NCBI GenBank assembly: GCA_964547485.1
Contig: CAZJNU010000003.1
Coordinates: 18,752-82,751 of the forward strand
Source of the DNA: an uncultured Actinomycetes bacterium
GTDB lineage: Bacteria > Actinomycetota > Actinomycetes > S36-B12 > UBA10799
Direction of reading: 5' to 3'
DNA length: 64,000 nucleotides
Below are positions 37,182-46,225 of the stretch, one piece after another. The position numbers were made by a program, and so were the translations under genes. Below the pieces are notes generated by a model. That model was not told the DNA's origin and searched no databases. It worked only from the letters and a program-made list of their open reading frames with translations. Numbering within the stretch: the first letter of the stretch is position 1; each line of letters begins with the position of its first letter.

Positions 37182-38666
37182 CTACGGCATGCGCAACTTG
37201 ACGTCCTCCCCCACGACGGCAGGATCGTCGTAGGCGTGTGTGCGGCGAAGCATGGCGTCGGCGCCGTCGAACGTTCGCCAGTCGATCACTCTGGTCCATC
37301 GCTGGGCGAAGTCCAGCACGGCCAGGAGAGCCTGGCCGTGGCCGTTGGCGTTGCTGACGCCGCGCAGCCCTCGGAGGTAGTCGTTGCGGTAGATGCTGGG
37401 AATGACGATGCGGACCTGGCCAGCAGCGGACAGTGCAGCATTCGAGATGAGGCGCGCGGTGCGGCCATTGCCGTCGTAGAACGGGTGGCACTCGGTGATG
37501 ACCAGCATCAGCGCTGCGGCACGCTGGAAGGCATCGGTGACAGGCGCGAAGGTGTCGAACCCGCGCAAGAGGGTCCCTTCGAGCAGGTCGGCCTCGACGA
37601 ACTTGTGGGCGCCGAAGCAATTGTCGACGTCCGTGAACAGGCCGGGTCGCATGTCGGGCCGCGCAGCCATGAGGACGCGGTGGACGTCTCGCAGCTGCTC
37701 GAGGAACTCCTCGCCGGACCGCGAAGCGTGCGCGCGCATCATCGGATCGACAGCGATGCGGTAGGTGGCCTGTACATCGTGGGCGTCTGCGGGCCGCGCC
37801 GGTGAGACTTCGCCGTCGATGGCGATGCGGACGGCCTCCTTCACATCGAACTTGGTGCCCTCGATGAAGTTCGAGAAGTAGGCCTCGAAGAACGGCAGCC
37901 ACTCCCACCGGTCGCCTTCCGAGTTGCGCGGGGTGGGTGCGGTGTCAAGTAGAAGGTCACGGAAGCGGGAGAACAGCACGATGCGCCGCTGGTCGAACGG
38001 TGCACCGGCCATCCGCGCCTTCAAACGAGCATGCCTGGGGCCCTTTCCGCGGTAGGTGCCCAGCAATGCCGCAAGCAACTCCCTGACCGTCTCAGCCGGC
38101 GCCGACGGCAGGGAGGGCCGGATGAGGTCGAGCTCAGCGAGCAGGGCGGCCAGGTGTCCGGTGCCGCCCGACTGCGCCTCGGAGTCGATCCGCGACTCGA
38201 CGGCTTCACGCCCCGCCGGCCGGGCCGGTCGGCCCACGACCGGGCGGCCAGGGGTGGGAAGGTTCTCGACAAGGCTGCGGACCGTGCCCGATAGGTGGAG
38301 CCCCTCGAGGAACGGCAGGTCTCCGGGCAGTGGTCCCGCTCCGACGCGTGCCGAGACGGTGAGACCCGGCAGGACCAGATCCGCCTTGCGACCCGGCTCC
38401 GAGTGGCAGACGAACAGCAAGCCGTCCACGAGTTCGCCGCGGGTGAAGGCCGACCGATCGCAGATCACGGCATCAGGCCAGTAGCGGGCCGCCAGCTCGA
38501 AGCGATGCTTGCGGATGGCGTCCGGAACCGGCAGGGAAGCACCGGACAGGTAGATTCCCCTGCCGACCTGCGTGATGCGACCCGCCTTCGCCTGGCGGGA
38601 CAGGCTCGCCCGGTTGCCCTTGGTCGCGTAAAGAAGCTTGCCGGCGGGGTTCGGAGCACCGTTCAT
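37182..38666 (-). CDS. Fic-domain protein with an N-terminal AbiEi-like (wHTH) region
   Basis: Canonical HPFYDGNGRTAR, FFEAYFSNFIEGT, and N-terminal LSRQAKAGRI.QVGRGIY. The likely start is ATG 38666. Confidence 0.88.
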   Translation of the reverse strand: MNGAPNPAGKLLYATKGNRASLSRQAKAGRITQVGRGIYLSGASLPVPDAIRKHRFELAARYWPDAVICDRSAFTRGELVDGLLFVCHSEPGRKADLVLPGLTVSARVGAGPLPGDLPFLEGLHLSGTVRSLVENLPTPGRPVVGRPARPAGREAVESRIDSEAQSGGTGHLAALLAELDLIRPSLPSAPAETVRELLAALLGTYRGKGPRHARLKARMAGAPFDQRRIVLFSRFRDLLLDTAPTPRNSEGDRWEWLPFFEAYFSNFIEGTKFDVKEAVRIAIDGEVSPARPADAHDVQATYRIAVDPMMRAHASRSGEEFLEQLRDVHRVLMAARPDMRPGLFTDVDNCFGAHKFVEADLLEGTLLRGFDTFAPVTDAFQRAAALMLVITECHPFYDGNGRTARLISNAALSAAGQVRIVIPSIYRNDYLRGLRGVSNANGHGQALLAVLDFAQRWTRVIDWRTFDGADAMLRRTHAYDDPAVVGEDVKLRMP

Positions 38667-38915
38667 GCCGAAACTCGCTCCCCTCCAGGGCCGGGTGGCA
38701 ACATCTACACCGATATTAGCCCCGTGGAGCAACAACTTCGGCCATATCGACGCCGGGCTTTCGGTGCGGCTAGGCAGACTCTTCGGGCCCAAGTGTTGCT
38801 CGCAAACGGGCCTTTGAGGCTCACGTCTTGCCAACGATGGGCGCGCCCCCAAGGGTTCGCCGGTTCATGTTGCTCGGCGGCACAGTACGTGGTGGAGGGA
38901 CCTGACGCGTTCGAC

Positions 38916-39330
38916 TCAGGACGGGATCAGCGCCCGCAGCAGCACCCCACTGTTGAGGAAGCGGGCATCGCGGTCGCTCGACCCGGCGAGCCGGCCCAGA
39001 AACCCTCGAGCACGCCCGGGATGGGCAGGCTCGGGAAGGTGCGGCCCTCGGCGCGCCTTGGCCCGCAGGTCGCCGTAGGCCCAGCCTGCTGGGTATCACA
39101 GGAGACGGTCGCGAAGGACCTGCAGGACCGGGCATCACGGCTGTGTGCCCGTGGGGCCCACAGACGGCGAGTGCGAGCAGCTCCCAAGGCCGCGCGATGA
39201 GCCCGCCAGCCAGAGGCGCAAGGCGGCGATCACGAGGTCCCGGTCGGTCGAAGTTCGCGGATTGAACACGTCGACGATCGAACGTGCAGCGCCGTACGGG
39301 CCGATCCTGGCGGCGGGCCGGCACCGTCGG
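38916..39330 (-). pseudogene. Decayed AbiEi/AbiEii (type IV TA) remnants
   Basis: Frameshifted pieces: IGPYGAARSIVDVFNPR..DRDLVIAALRLWL / WELLALA (AbiEi C-terminus), then AGWAYGDLRAKARR / VLEGF / LGRLAGS..FLNSGVLL (AbiEii N-terminus). Confidence 0.5.
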
Positions 39331-39381
39331 GAAAGGGTCGGGAAACTCCGACCCGGGTTCTACATGTCATACCCGGAAACG

Positions 39382-39410
39382 CGGAAACCCCCCAAATAGG
39401 GGGGTTTCCG
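39382..39410 (-). terminator. Hairpin downstream of the tRNA
   Basis: CGGAAACCCCCC-aaata-GGGGGGTTTCCG, a perfect 12-bp stem. Confidence 0.8.
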
Positions 39411-39433
39411 GACAGCACGTGGCTGCTGAAAAG

Positions 39434-39507
39434 TAGCGGGGGCAGGATTTGAACCTGCGACCTCTGGGTTATGAGCCCAGCGAGCTACCGAGCTGCTCCA
39501 CCCCGCG
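39434..39507 (-). tRNA. Initiator tRNA-Met (CAT)
   Basis: CGCGGGGTGGAGCAGCTCGGTAGCTCGCTGGGCTCATAACCCAGAGGTCGCAGGTTCAAATCCTGCCCCCGCTA. C1:U72 mismatch, three G-C pairs in the anticodon stem, CCA not encoded. Confidence 0.98.
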
Positions 39508-39595
39508 TCGGACCTTGCGGTCAGGGACGAGCATACCTGTCAGTCGCGGGCTCCAACTCACCTGGGTCCAGGGCGTCGGTGCGACGACCGCGATA

Positions 39596-41608
39596 TCACC
39601 GCCGCGCGGGCAGCCGGACCGCAGTGGCAAGCGACGCAATCCCATCACCACGCGCAGTCACCGCACGCAGCTTGATCAGGTACCTTCGGCCGTTCAGGAG
39701 GCCGCGCACCACGACAGGACTTGTCGCGTCCGCCGGTGACAGGGCGCGCCAGGTTGTCCAGGATCGCCCGCCGTTGAGTGACGTCGCGTACTTGTAATTG
39801 CGAATGGTTCCTGTTGCCGCCGCAGGCGCCCGGAACGAGAGGATTGCCGATCGGTCGCGGGCGCTGGCCACGAGCCGAGTAGGGGCGGACGGCAGTCGGA
39901 CGGGAGGCGTCGGGGTGACGGTCAACGTCGGAGTCGGCGTCGGCGTCGGGGTTGGCGTCGGGGTTGGCGTCGGAGCGGGCGTAGGCGTTGGCGTCGGCGA
40001 GCCGCCGGCGAACTCCACCAGCTCGGCATACTTCGGGCTCGTGCCTTGGTCGGGAAACTCCAGCGCACCCCACGAGCCGAACCGGGAGTACGGTCCAGAG
40101 TCGCTGAAATGCATGAACAGGGCGTTGTCGGTGCCAGCCTGCCACCGCCGGAGATACACCCGGTAGGCGTCGCCCATGGCAGCAGAACGATTGGCCCGGG
40201 TGAATAGCGAAGTCAACGCGGCGTTGCCGGGATCGCCGGCGAGATGCTGGCCACCCTCGTAGCCGACCAGACGCTTACCCCGCTGCCGGGCCAGGGCCGC
40301 ATGGTTCGCCGTCCAGACATCGACTTCGGACGTCTGGGAAACAGCCAGCCGAGTGAACACTTCAGCTTCAGTCCAGCGGGAGATAGTCGCCGCTTCCGCA
40401 GGGTCGAATGGATTCGCCCTCGGCACTCCCAGATAGGGCGCGATCGCCACCTCGTCGGTGGCGTCCGTCGCCCCAGCCGCATTGAGCCGCTGCTCCAACA
40501 CCCAGGCGTTGGCCGCCTGACCCGCCAGCACTCGGACGAAGGGTCGACCGGACGATGCGAATCCCTGCGCGACCGCCGCCATCGCCGAGACGTGTCGTTG
40601 ACCCACCCGCAGCTGAAGGCCGAGGAAGGCGTCCCCGCCGCCTAGCCCAAGTCGCTGACCCTCTGCGGCGAGATCGTGGAAGGACCGGAAAATCGGGTTC
40701 CACGTCTCGTTGGAGAACTCGTAGCGAGGGGTAAGTCCCGGGGCGAGCGACGCGGCGACCACCCTCGCGTGGCAGGTCACCCACTCCTGTGACGCCTCAT
40801 GGGGGATGGTGAACCACGGGTCAGCACCGAGGGTGTTGGCCAGCTGGACCATCCTCTCCACGCTGACACCGCTGGCAGTTCCCTGCGAGTAGGAGGACGG
40901 CAGCGTCCGGTTTTCGCAGCTGAACGTTCGAATGGGGTCGGCGAAGGTGGAATTCGTTCGCTGCCAGTCCATCAGGCGAATGGCACGGTAGGGCGCGAGT
41001 TGACGAAGGTAGGCCGCGCGGAAGGTGGCGGTCGGCGACTCCCCTGGGACGGTGACCCGCACCGCCCGCACTGGGTCCGCCGGATCGGTGGCCCGCAGGT
41101 TGAGCAGCACCAGCGAATGTCCGTCCAGCGTCACCTGTCCGACGCCGCCGCTGCTGCCACCGGAGCCATCGCCAAACGTGGTGCCGTTGATGTCGAACGA
41201 GCCACGACCACTCCAACTCACCGCGTAGGTCCCGGCCGGGTAACGCACTTCCGCGAGCACCGAGCTCCCGAATTGGCCGGGGGCGAGTTGGGCCGGCCAG
41301 CCATCGCGGCGCAACACCAGCGCACGGCCGGATCCCCAGGCACCGCCGACCTGCTGAGGGACCCAATCACCGGCCTGGTCCATCAGGTTGGCAAACGGCA
41401 CGAGGCCGTCGTAGTAGGTAACCGCACCGAGATTGGTGCCGAGGTTCCCCGCTACCGTCGAGGTCACAGCGGGCTCCGCTGCAGTCGCGACCGGTGGCGA
41501 CGGGTCTATGGCACCTACCGGACCTACCGCGGCGAGGGTCAGCACCAGCCCACCAACCACCGCACCAACCGCTGCGGCGAGCCGAGTGGACCTCGCCATG
41601 CTTGCCAC
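39596..41608 (-). CDS. Secreted putative glycoside hydrolase (cellulose-binding-protein-like family) + PT linker + FN3
   Basis: Signal peptide, LGTNL..V.YY...PFANLM, RLMDWQRTN, DPWFTIPH, EFSNETWN, GYEGGQHL, then (PT)n and a basic FN3. Confidence 0.75.
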   Translation of the reverse strand: MASMARSTRLAAAVGAVVGGLVLTLAAVGPVGAIDPSPPVATAAEPAVTSTVAGNLGTNLGAVTYYDGLVPFANLMDQAGDWVPQQVGGAWGSGRALVLRRDGWPAQLAPGQFGSSVLAEVRYPAGTYAVSWSGRGSFDINGTTFGDGSGGSSGGVGQVTLDGHSLVLLNLRATDPADPVRAVRVTVPGESPTATFRAAYLRQLAPYRAIRLMDWQRTNSTFADPIRTFSCENRTLPSSYSQGTASGVSVERMVQLANTLGADPWFTIPHEASQEWVTCHARVVAASLAPGLTPRYEFSNETWNPIFRSFHDLAAEGQRLGLGGGDAFLGLQLRVGQRHVSAMAAVAQGFASSGRPFVRVLAGQAANAWVLEQRLNAAGATDATDEVAIAPYLGVPRANPFDPAEAATISRWTEAEVFTRLAVSQTSEVDVWTANHAALARQRGKRLVGYEGGQHLAGDPGNAALTSLFTRANRSAAMGDAYRVYLRRWQAGTDNALFMHFSDSGPYSRFGSWGALEFPDQGTSPKYAELVEFAGGSPTPTPTPAPTPTPTPTPTPTPTPTLTVTPTPPVRLPSAPTRLVASARDRSAILSFRAPAAATGTIRNYKYATSLNGGRSWTTWRALSPADATSPVVVRGLLNGRRYLIKLRAVTARGDGIASLATAVRLPARR
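39926..39996 (-). repeat. Pro-Thr linker repeat
   Basis: Encodes SPTPTPTPAPTPTPTPTPTPTPT. Confidence 0.85.
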
Positions 41609-41641
41609 CTCCCGCGCAGTCGGCTCGATCGGGAAGGCGAG

Positions 41642-42673
41642 CTACAACTGCTCTGACGGTAGTTGCACCGATCGCGCGACGGAATCGGCAAATCGGTCGA
41701 ACTGGTGGGTCTTCGCGGCCAACTCGGCCCGGGCATGTTCGTACTGAGCGGCCAACCGGTCGATGAACTCCGCCGCAGACGGGATGTCATTTACCGCCCC
41801 GATCCCCTGCCCGCACCCCCAGATGTCCGCCCAGGCCTTGGCGCTCTGGTTACCGCCGGAGCCGAAGTCCATCGCGGACGGATCTGCCTCGGGCAGGTTG
41901 TCGGGGTCCATTCCGGCGGCGATGATCGAGGCCCGCAGGTAGTTGCCGTGGATGCCGGTGAACAGGTTGGAGTTGACGATGTCCTCTGCACCCGACGCCA
42001 CGATTGCAGCTTTGTAGGCGGCCGAGGCACGGGCCTCACGGGTGGCGATGAAGGCAGAGCCGATGTAGGCGAGGTCGGCGCCCAGAGCCTGCGCGGACAG
42101 CACTGCCCGGCCGGTGGCAATCGCCCCGGACAACACCACCGGTCCGTCGAACCAGGCGCGGATCTCCTGCACGAGTGCGAACGGTGACAGCGAACCCGCG
42201 TGCCCACCTGCCCCGGCGGCGACCGGGATCAGTCCATCAGCACCCTTCTCAATCGCCTTGTGGGCGTGCCGGCTGTTGATGATGTCGTGGAACACCAGAC
42301 CGCCGTAGGAATGCGCGGCGGCGTTGACGTCTTCCGTGGCGCCGAGGGAGGTGATCACCACCGGAACCCGATACTTCACCATCAACTCGACGTCCTGCTC
42401 GAGCCGGGTGTTCGACCGATGGACGATCTGGTTGACCGCGAACGGGGCCGCAGGCTGGTCGGGATGCTCGCGATCCCACTGCGCCAATTCCTCGACGATC
42501 CGCGCGAGCCACTCGTCGAGTTGGCTCACCGGACGGGCGTTCAACGCAGGGAATGATCCGACGATGCCGGCGGTGCACTGGGCGATGACGAGGTCCGGGT
42601 TTGACACCAGGAACATCGGCGACGCCACGACCGGCAGTCGCAGCCGGTCGGCCAACGACGACGGCAGCGTCAC
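41642..42673 (-). CDS. Nitronate monooxygenase family flavoprotein
   Basis: LPVVASPMFLVS, GIVGSFPALNAR, GAGGHAG, GADLAYIGSAFIAT.EA, WGCGQG. Confidence 0.93.
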   Translation of the reverse strand: MTLPSSLADRLRLPVVASPMFLVSNPDLVIAQCTAGIVGSFPALNARPVSQLDEWLARIVEELAQWDREHPDQPAAPFAVNQIVHRSNTRLEQDVELMVKYRVPVVITSLGATEDVNAAAHSYGGLVFHDIINSRHAHKAIEKGADGLIPVAAGAGGHAGSLSPFALVQEIRAWFDGPVVLSGAIATGRAVLSAQALGADLAYIGSAFIATREARASAAYKAAIVASGAEDIVNSNLFTGIHGNYLRASIIAAGMDPDNLPEADPSAMDFGSGGNQSAKAWADIWGCGQGIGAVNDIPSAAEFIDRLAAQYEHARAELAAKTHQFDRFADSVARSVQLPSEQL

Positions 42674-45660
42674 GGCGACTCCCCCATCAACGACGCCGCC
42701 TGCGCGCTGGGAGTTGGCGCTGGCACGGCGGTGGCCGAAGGAGCAGGCGCGACCGCGCCCTGAGCCAGTGCCTGGGCCTTCTTGATCGCCTCGGCGAGTC
42801 GCTTCTGGGCCTCTCCGTAGGCGGCGAAGTCACCGTTGCGCAAGGCGGTCTCACCCTCGTCGAACGCCCGCTGGACGTCGGCCAACGCCTTCTCCAACTC
42901 GGTGTTGGGCGCAGGCTGTGGGGTGTTGCCGTCGGCGGCCCCGTTGTCCGGTTGGGTGCTATCGGTACCCGCCGCGGTCCCAAACACCGTGGCCAGAGAC
43001 GCCGACAAGGTGTCCTCAAAGCCGACCTTGTTACCGAACGACACCAGCACCTTGCGCAGCAGCGGATAGCCACCGGTGGACGCCTGGACGTACACCGGCT
43101 CCACGTACAACATGCCGCCGCCAACCGGCAAAGACAGCAGGTTGCCCAGTTCCACCTCGGATCCGCCTCGTCTCAACAACGACAACTGGGAGGCGACTTC
43201 GGGGTCGGATTCGAAGGTGTTCTGCACCTGCACCGGACCAGGAATCGTGGTGTTGCGAGGGAGCTGCAGGACCCGGAAAACCCCATAACCCTCCCCCGGA
43301 GCCGAGTCCACCGCCATGAAGGCGGCAAGTGTCTGCCGTTTCGCCGGCGAGTAGGCCGTCGTCAGCGAGAACGCCGAATCCTTCTGCCCAGGCATCCGCA
43401 GCGTCAGATAGTAGGGCGGCTGGTACTGGTTCGACTGCCGATCGGTCGGGTCGTTCGGGATGATCCAGAAGTCCTGGCCGTTGTAGAAGGCCGCCGGATC
43501 AGAGACGTGGTAGCGGCTGTAGATGAGCCGCTGCACCTTGAACAGATCCTCCGGGTAGCGCACGTGCGCGACCAGTTCGGCGTTCATTTCCGACTTCGGT
43601 TTCACCACGCCAGGAAACGCCTTCTGCCAGGTCTTGAGAATCGGGTCCGACTCGTCCCAGGCATACAGGTTGACGGTGCCGTCGTAGGCATCGACCACCG
43701 CCTTGACCGAGTTGCGCATGTAGTTCACATAGTTCTGCGGCTGCACGAAGACATTGGTGGCGGTCGCATTGATGGAGTCCGAGGTGGCGTCGTTGAGGTT
43801 CACCAGAGTGGCGTAGGGGTACTGGTCGGTATCGGTGTAGGCGTCCAGAATCCAGACGATCCGGCCGTTGACCACCGCCGAATACGGGTCGCCATCGGGC
43901 ACCAGCCAGGGCGCGACCTTGGCCAACCGCTCCCGCGGGGTGCGGTCCCACATGATTCGAGAATCTTGGTTGACCAGGTCGGACAGCAGAATGTTTGGTT
44001 CGCCGAACTTGGCCGCGAACAGCAGCTTGTTCAACGGCGACCCGACCGGAACCCCGCCCTTGCCTTGATAGGTGTTGTTCCGCTGCCCGGTCGGGGAGGT
44101 GTCGTCGGGGTAGTCCAACTCCCGCGGCGTCGAGTCCGCCGGACCGCCGACGATCGAGTAGTCCGGGGACTTCTCACCGAAATACACCCGCGGTTGGTCG
44201 ATCGTCAGCTTGCCGCGCGGCGGGATGTCCTCCTCGAAGAAGGCTGGCGTTCCACTCGAAGTGGCGGTGTTGTCGTAGGCCGCTACGAAGCCATAGCCGT
44301 GGGTGTAGACGACGTGGTCATTGGCCCAGTTCCGTTGCGAATCCGGGATCCCGGCAAGGTCCAATTCCCGGACCGATACGACCGCTCCGCGCTGCTGGTC
44401 GTTGACCTGTCCGGCCTCATTCTTCTCGCCCAATTGGTAGCGGTCGATGTCCAACGTGTCGGGGAAGGAATAGAACCCGCGGATTTGTTGCAGTGCCCGG
44501 TAGGTCGGCGAGACGATCGACGGGTCCAGCAGCCGCACGTTCGCAATCGTGCCGCGATCCTTTGCGATCGCCGCAGCGTTCGGCTCGGCTGTCGCGGCGT
44601 AGTCCTGCGTCTGGACGTTTTCGAGTCCGTAGGCCTGCCTGGTGGCGGCGATATTGCGTGAGATGTACTCCTGCTCCCGCACCAACTCGCTCGGCTTCAC
44701 CTGGAACTGCTGCACCACTGCCGGGTAGATCCCACCGATGACCAGCGCCGAGACCACCATCAGTCCGAGACCGGCCATCGCGACTGTCCAGATCTTGCGG
44801 AACATGTTGACGAAGAACAGCAGTGCCACGATCAGTGCAACGAACATCAGGATCGTCTTGGCCGGCAACAGAGCATTGACATCGCGGTACTTCAACCCGG
44901 TGAAACCGAGCAGCAAGTCGTCGTCCTTGACCGCCAGGCCGAACCTGTCCAGGAAGTAGTCACCTGCCTTGACCAGCATCATCAGGCCGAGGATCAGCGA
45001 CACCTGCACCCGCGCGGCCCGCGACATCCGGTCGCCCGGTGACTGCAGCCGAATGCCGCCGTAGAGATAGTTCACGACCAGGTTGACCAGCAGCATCACG
45101 AACAGCACGGCGAACAGGAAACCGAGCACGAATCTGATGAAAGGGTAGGTGAAGACCCAGAAGCCGACGTCAATGCCGAAATGCTGGTCAGCGACGTTGA
45201 ACGGCGTGGCGTTACGCCAGAGCAGCCACAGTTTCCACTGGCCGGCGGCAGAGATCCCGGCTAGCAACCCGAGCACGATCGAGACCACCAGCAGGATCGC
45301 CTTGCGCAGCGGCTCCAGACCGAGCCGGTAGCGATCCAAACCCTGCTGCTCCAGCGTGTCGGCGGGGAAGAAAGGCCGCTGCCGGTAGGCGAACCACATG
45401 GACAGCGCGACCGCTAGCGCCATGGCCAGACCGAAGCCCACGAACATCACGACTTTGGTGACCAACTGGGTGGTGAACACCGTCGACTGATCCACCGACT
45501 GGAACCAGAGCAGGTCGGTGTAGAAGCCGGTGAAGATCATGAACAGCACCGCCAGCACGCCCAAAACCAACACAGTCGGGAGCAGGACCCGACCCCGACC
45601 TCGGGGGGCTGGTTCCTGCGGCTCGGAGGCGGCGGCGGAGGAGGGGGTGGCGAACGTCAC
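42670..45660 (-). CDS. UPF0182 family membrane protein (Rv3193c homolog)
   Basis: YTDLLWF, D..FG.DVGF.VF.YP, NVRLLDP, YTHGYG, PR.YFGE, NYMRNSVKAVVDAYDGTV, RYPEDLFKVQR, GNLL.LP..GG.LYVEPVY. Confidence 0.96.
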   Translation of the reverse strand: MTFATPSSAAASEPQEPAPRGRGRVLLPTVLVLGVLAVLFMIFTGFYTDLLWFQSVDQSTVFTTQLVTKVVMFVGFGLAMALAVALSMWFAYRQRPFFPADTLEQQGLDRYRLGLEPLRKAILLVVSIVLGLLAGISAAGQWKLWLLWRNATPFNVADQHFGIDVGFWVFTYPFIRFVLGFLFAVLFVMLLVNLVVNYLYGGIRLQSPGDRMSRAARVQVSLILGLMMLVKAGDYFLDRFGLAVKDDDLLLGFTGLKYRDVNALLPAKTILMFVALIVALLFFVNMFRKIWTVAMAGLGLMVVSALVIGGIYPAVVQQFQVKPSELVREQEYISRNIAATRQAYGLENVQTQDYAATAEPNAAAIAKDRGTIANVRLLDPSIVSPTYRALQQIRGFYSFPDTLDIDRYQLGEKNEAGQVNDQQRGAVVSVRELDLAGIPDSQRNWANDHVVYTHGYGFVAAYDNTATSSGTPAFFEEDIPPRGKLTIDQPRVYFGEKSPDYSIVGGPADSTPRELDYPDDTSPTGQRNNTYQGKGGVPVGSPLNKLLFAAKFGEPNILLSDLVNQDSRIMWDRTPRERLAKVAPWLVPDGDPYSAVVNGRIVWILDAYTDTDQYPYATLVNLNDATSDSINATATNVFVQPQNYVNYMRNSVKAVVDAYDGTVNLYAWDESDPILKTWQKAFPGVVKPKSEMNAELVAHVRYPEDLFKVQRLIYSRYHVSDPAAFYNGQDFWIIPNDPTDRQSNQYQPPYYLTLRMPGQKDSAFSLTTAYSPAKRQTLAAFMAVDSAPGEGYGVFRVLQLPRNTTIPGPVQVQNTFESDPEVASQLSLLRRGGSEVELGNLLSLPVGGGMLYVEPVYVQASTGGYPLLRKVLVSFGNKVGFEDTLSASLATVFGTAAGTDSTQPDNGAADGNTPQPAPNTELEKALADVQRAFDEGETALRNGDFAAYGEAQKRLAEAIKKAQALAQGAVAPAPSATAVPAPTPSAQAASLMGESP

Positions 45661-45687
45661 CGCCCCACCCTACGAGAGGGTGACGAC

Positions 45688-46206
45688 ATGCGCCCGAAGG
45701 TACCCGCTTCCCAACTCCCCGAAATCGTGGCCGAACTCGAGGAATACGTCTCCCAGGCGGGCTGGGACCAGCCTGCGCGCCTGTTCGCGCTGGTGGCGAC
45801 CGACGAGATCATCTCCGAGGAGCCTGCCATTGCCGCTGCCCTCGGACTCACACCAGGCGGGGTCACTCCCGTCGAACAGGACGAATTCGATATTCAGTCC
45901 CCTCTGGACGAGGCACTGGCGTCGATCGCCTGGCCCGAGAAGGTGCGCGGCGCCGCCCTCGCACTCGAACGGGTACTGCTGCCTCCGGAGGCGGAACAGG
46001 ACCTACCGGACGGCGGTGACACTGACGCCCTAGTGTCAGCAGTCGATGCAGACCCGCGGCGCCAGGAGGTCCGGATCGTCGTGGCGGTGAATCCAGCGGG
46101 GGAGCACTTCTGTCTACTCCGGCTCCGAGCGCACCCCGACGATCTACTGACCGGTCAGGACCTCGTGCCGCAGTTGGCCGAGGCGCTGGCCAGCACGTTC
46201 GCCTGA
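45688..46206 (+). CDS. PPA1309-family conserved actinobacterial protein
   Basis: GWDQPARLFALV.T, LA.IAWPE.V.G.AL..ER..LPP.AE. Syntenic position. Confidence 0.85.
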   Translation: MRPKVPASQLPEIVAELEEYVSQAGWDQPARLFALVATDEIISEEPAIAAALGLTPGGVTPVEQDEFDIQSPLDEALASIAWPEKVRGAALALERVLLPPEAEQDLPDGGDTDALVSAVDADPRRQEVRIVVAVNPAGEHFCLLRLRAHPDDLLTGQDLVPQLAEALASTFA

Positions 46207-46225
46207 CCGAGCTCCGCCCACGCTC

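Noticed and set aside
38850-39430. Integrase adjacent to the tRNA
   Set aside because: No tyrosine (R-H-R-Y) or serine recombinase motifs in any frame I examined.
42601-44661. 686-aa plus-strand ORF
   Set aside because: Antisense shadow of the UPF0182 gene, typical of high-GC codon bias. The same applies to 22574-23683, 52648-54204 and most short overlapping track ORFs.
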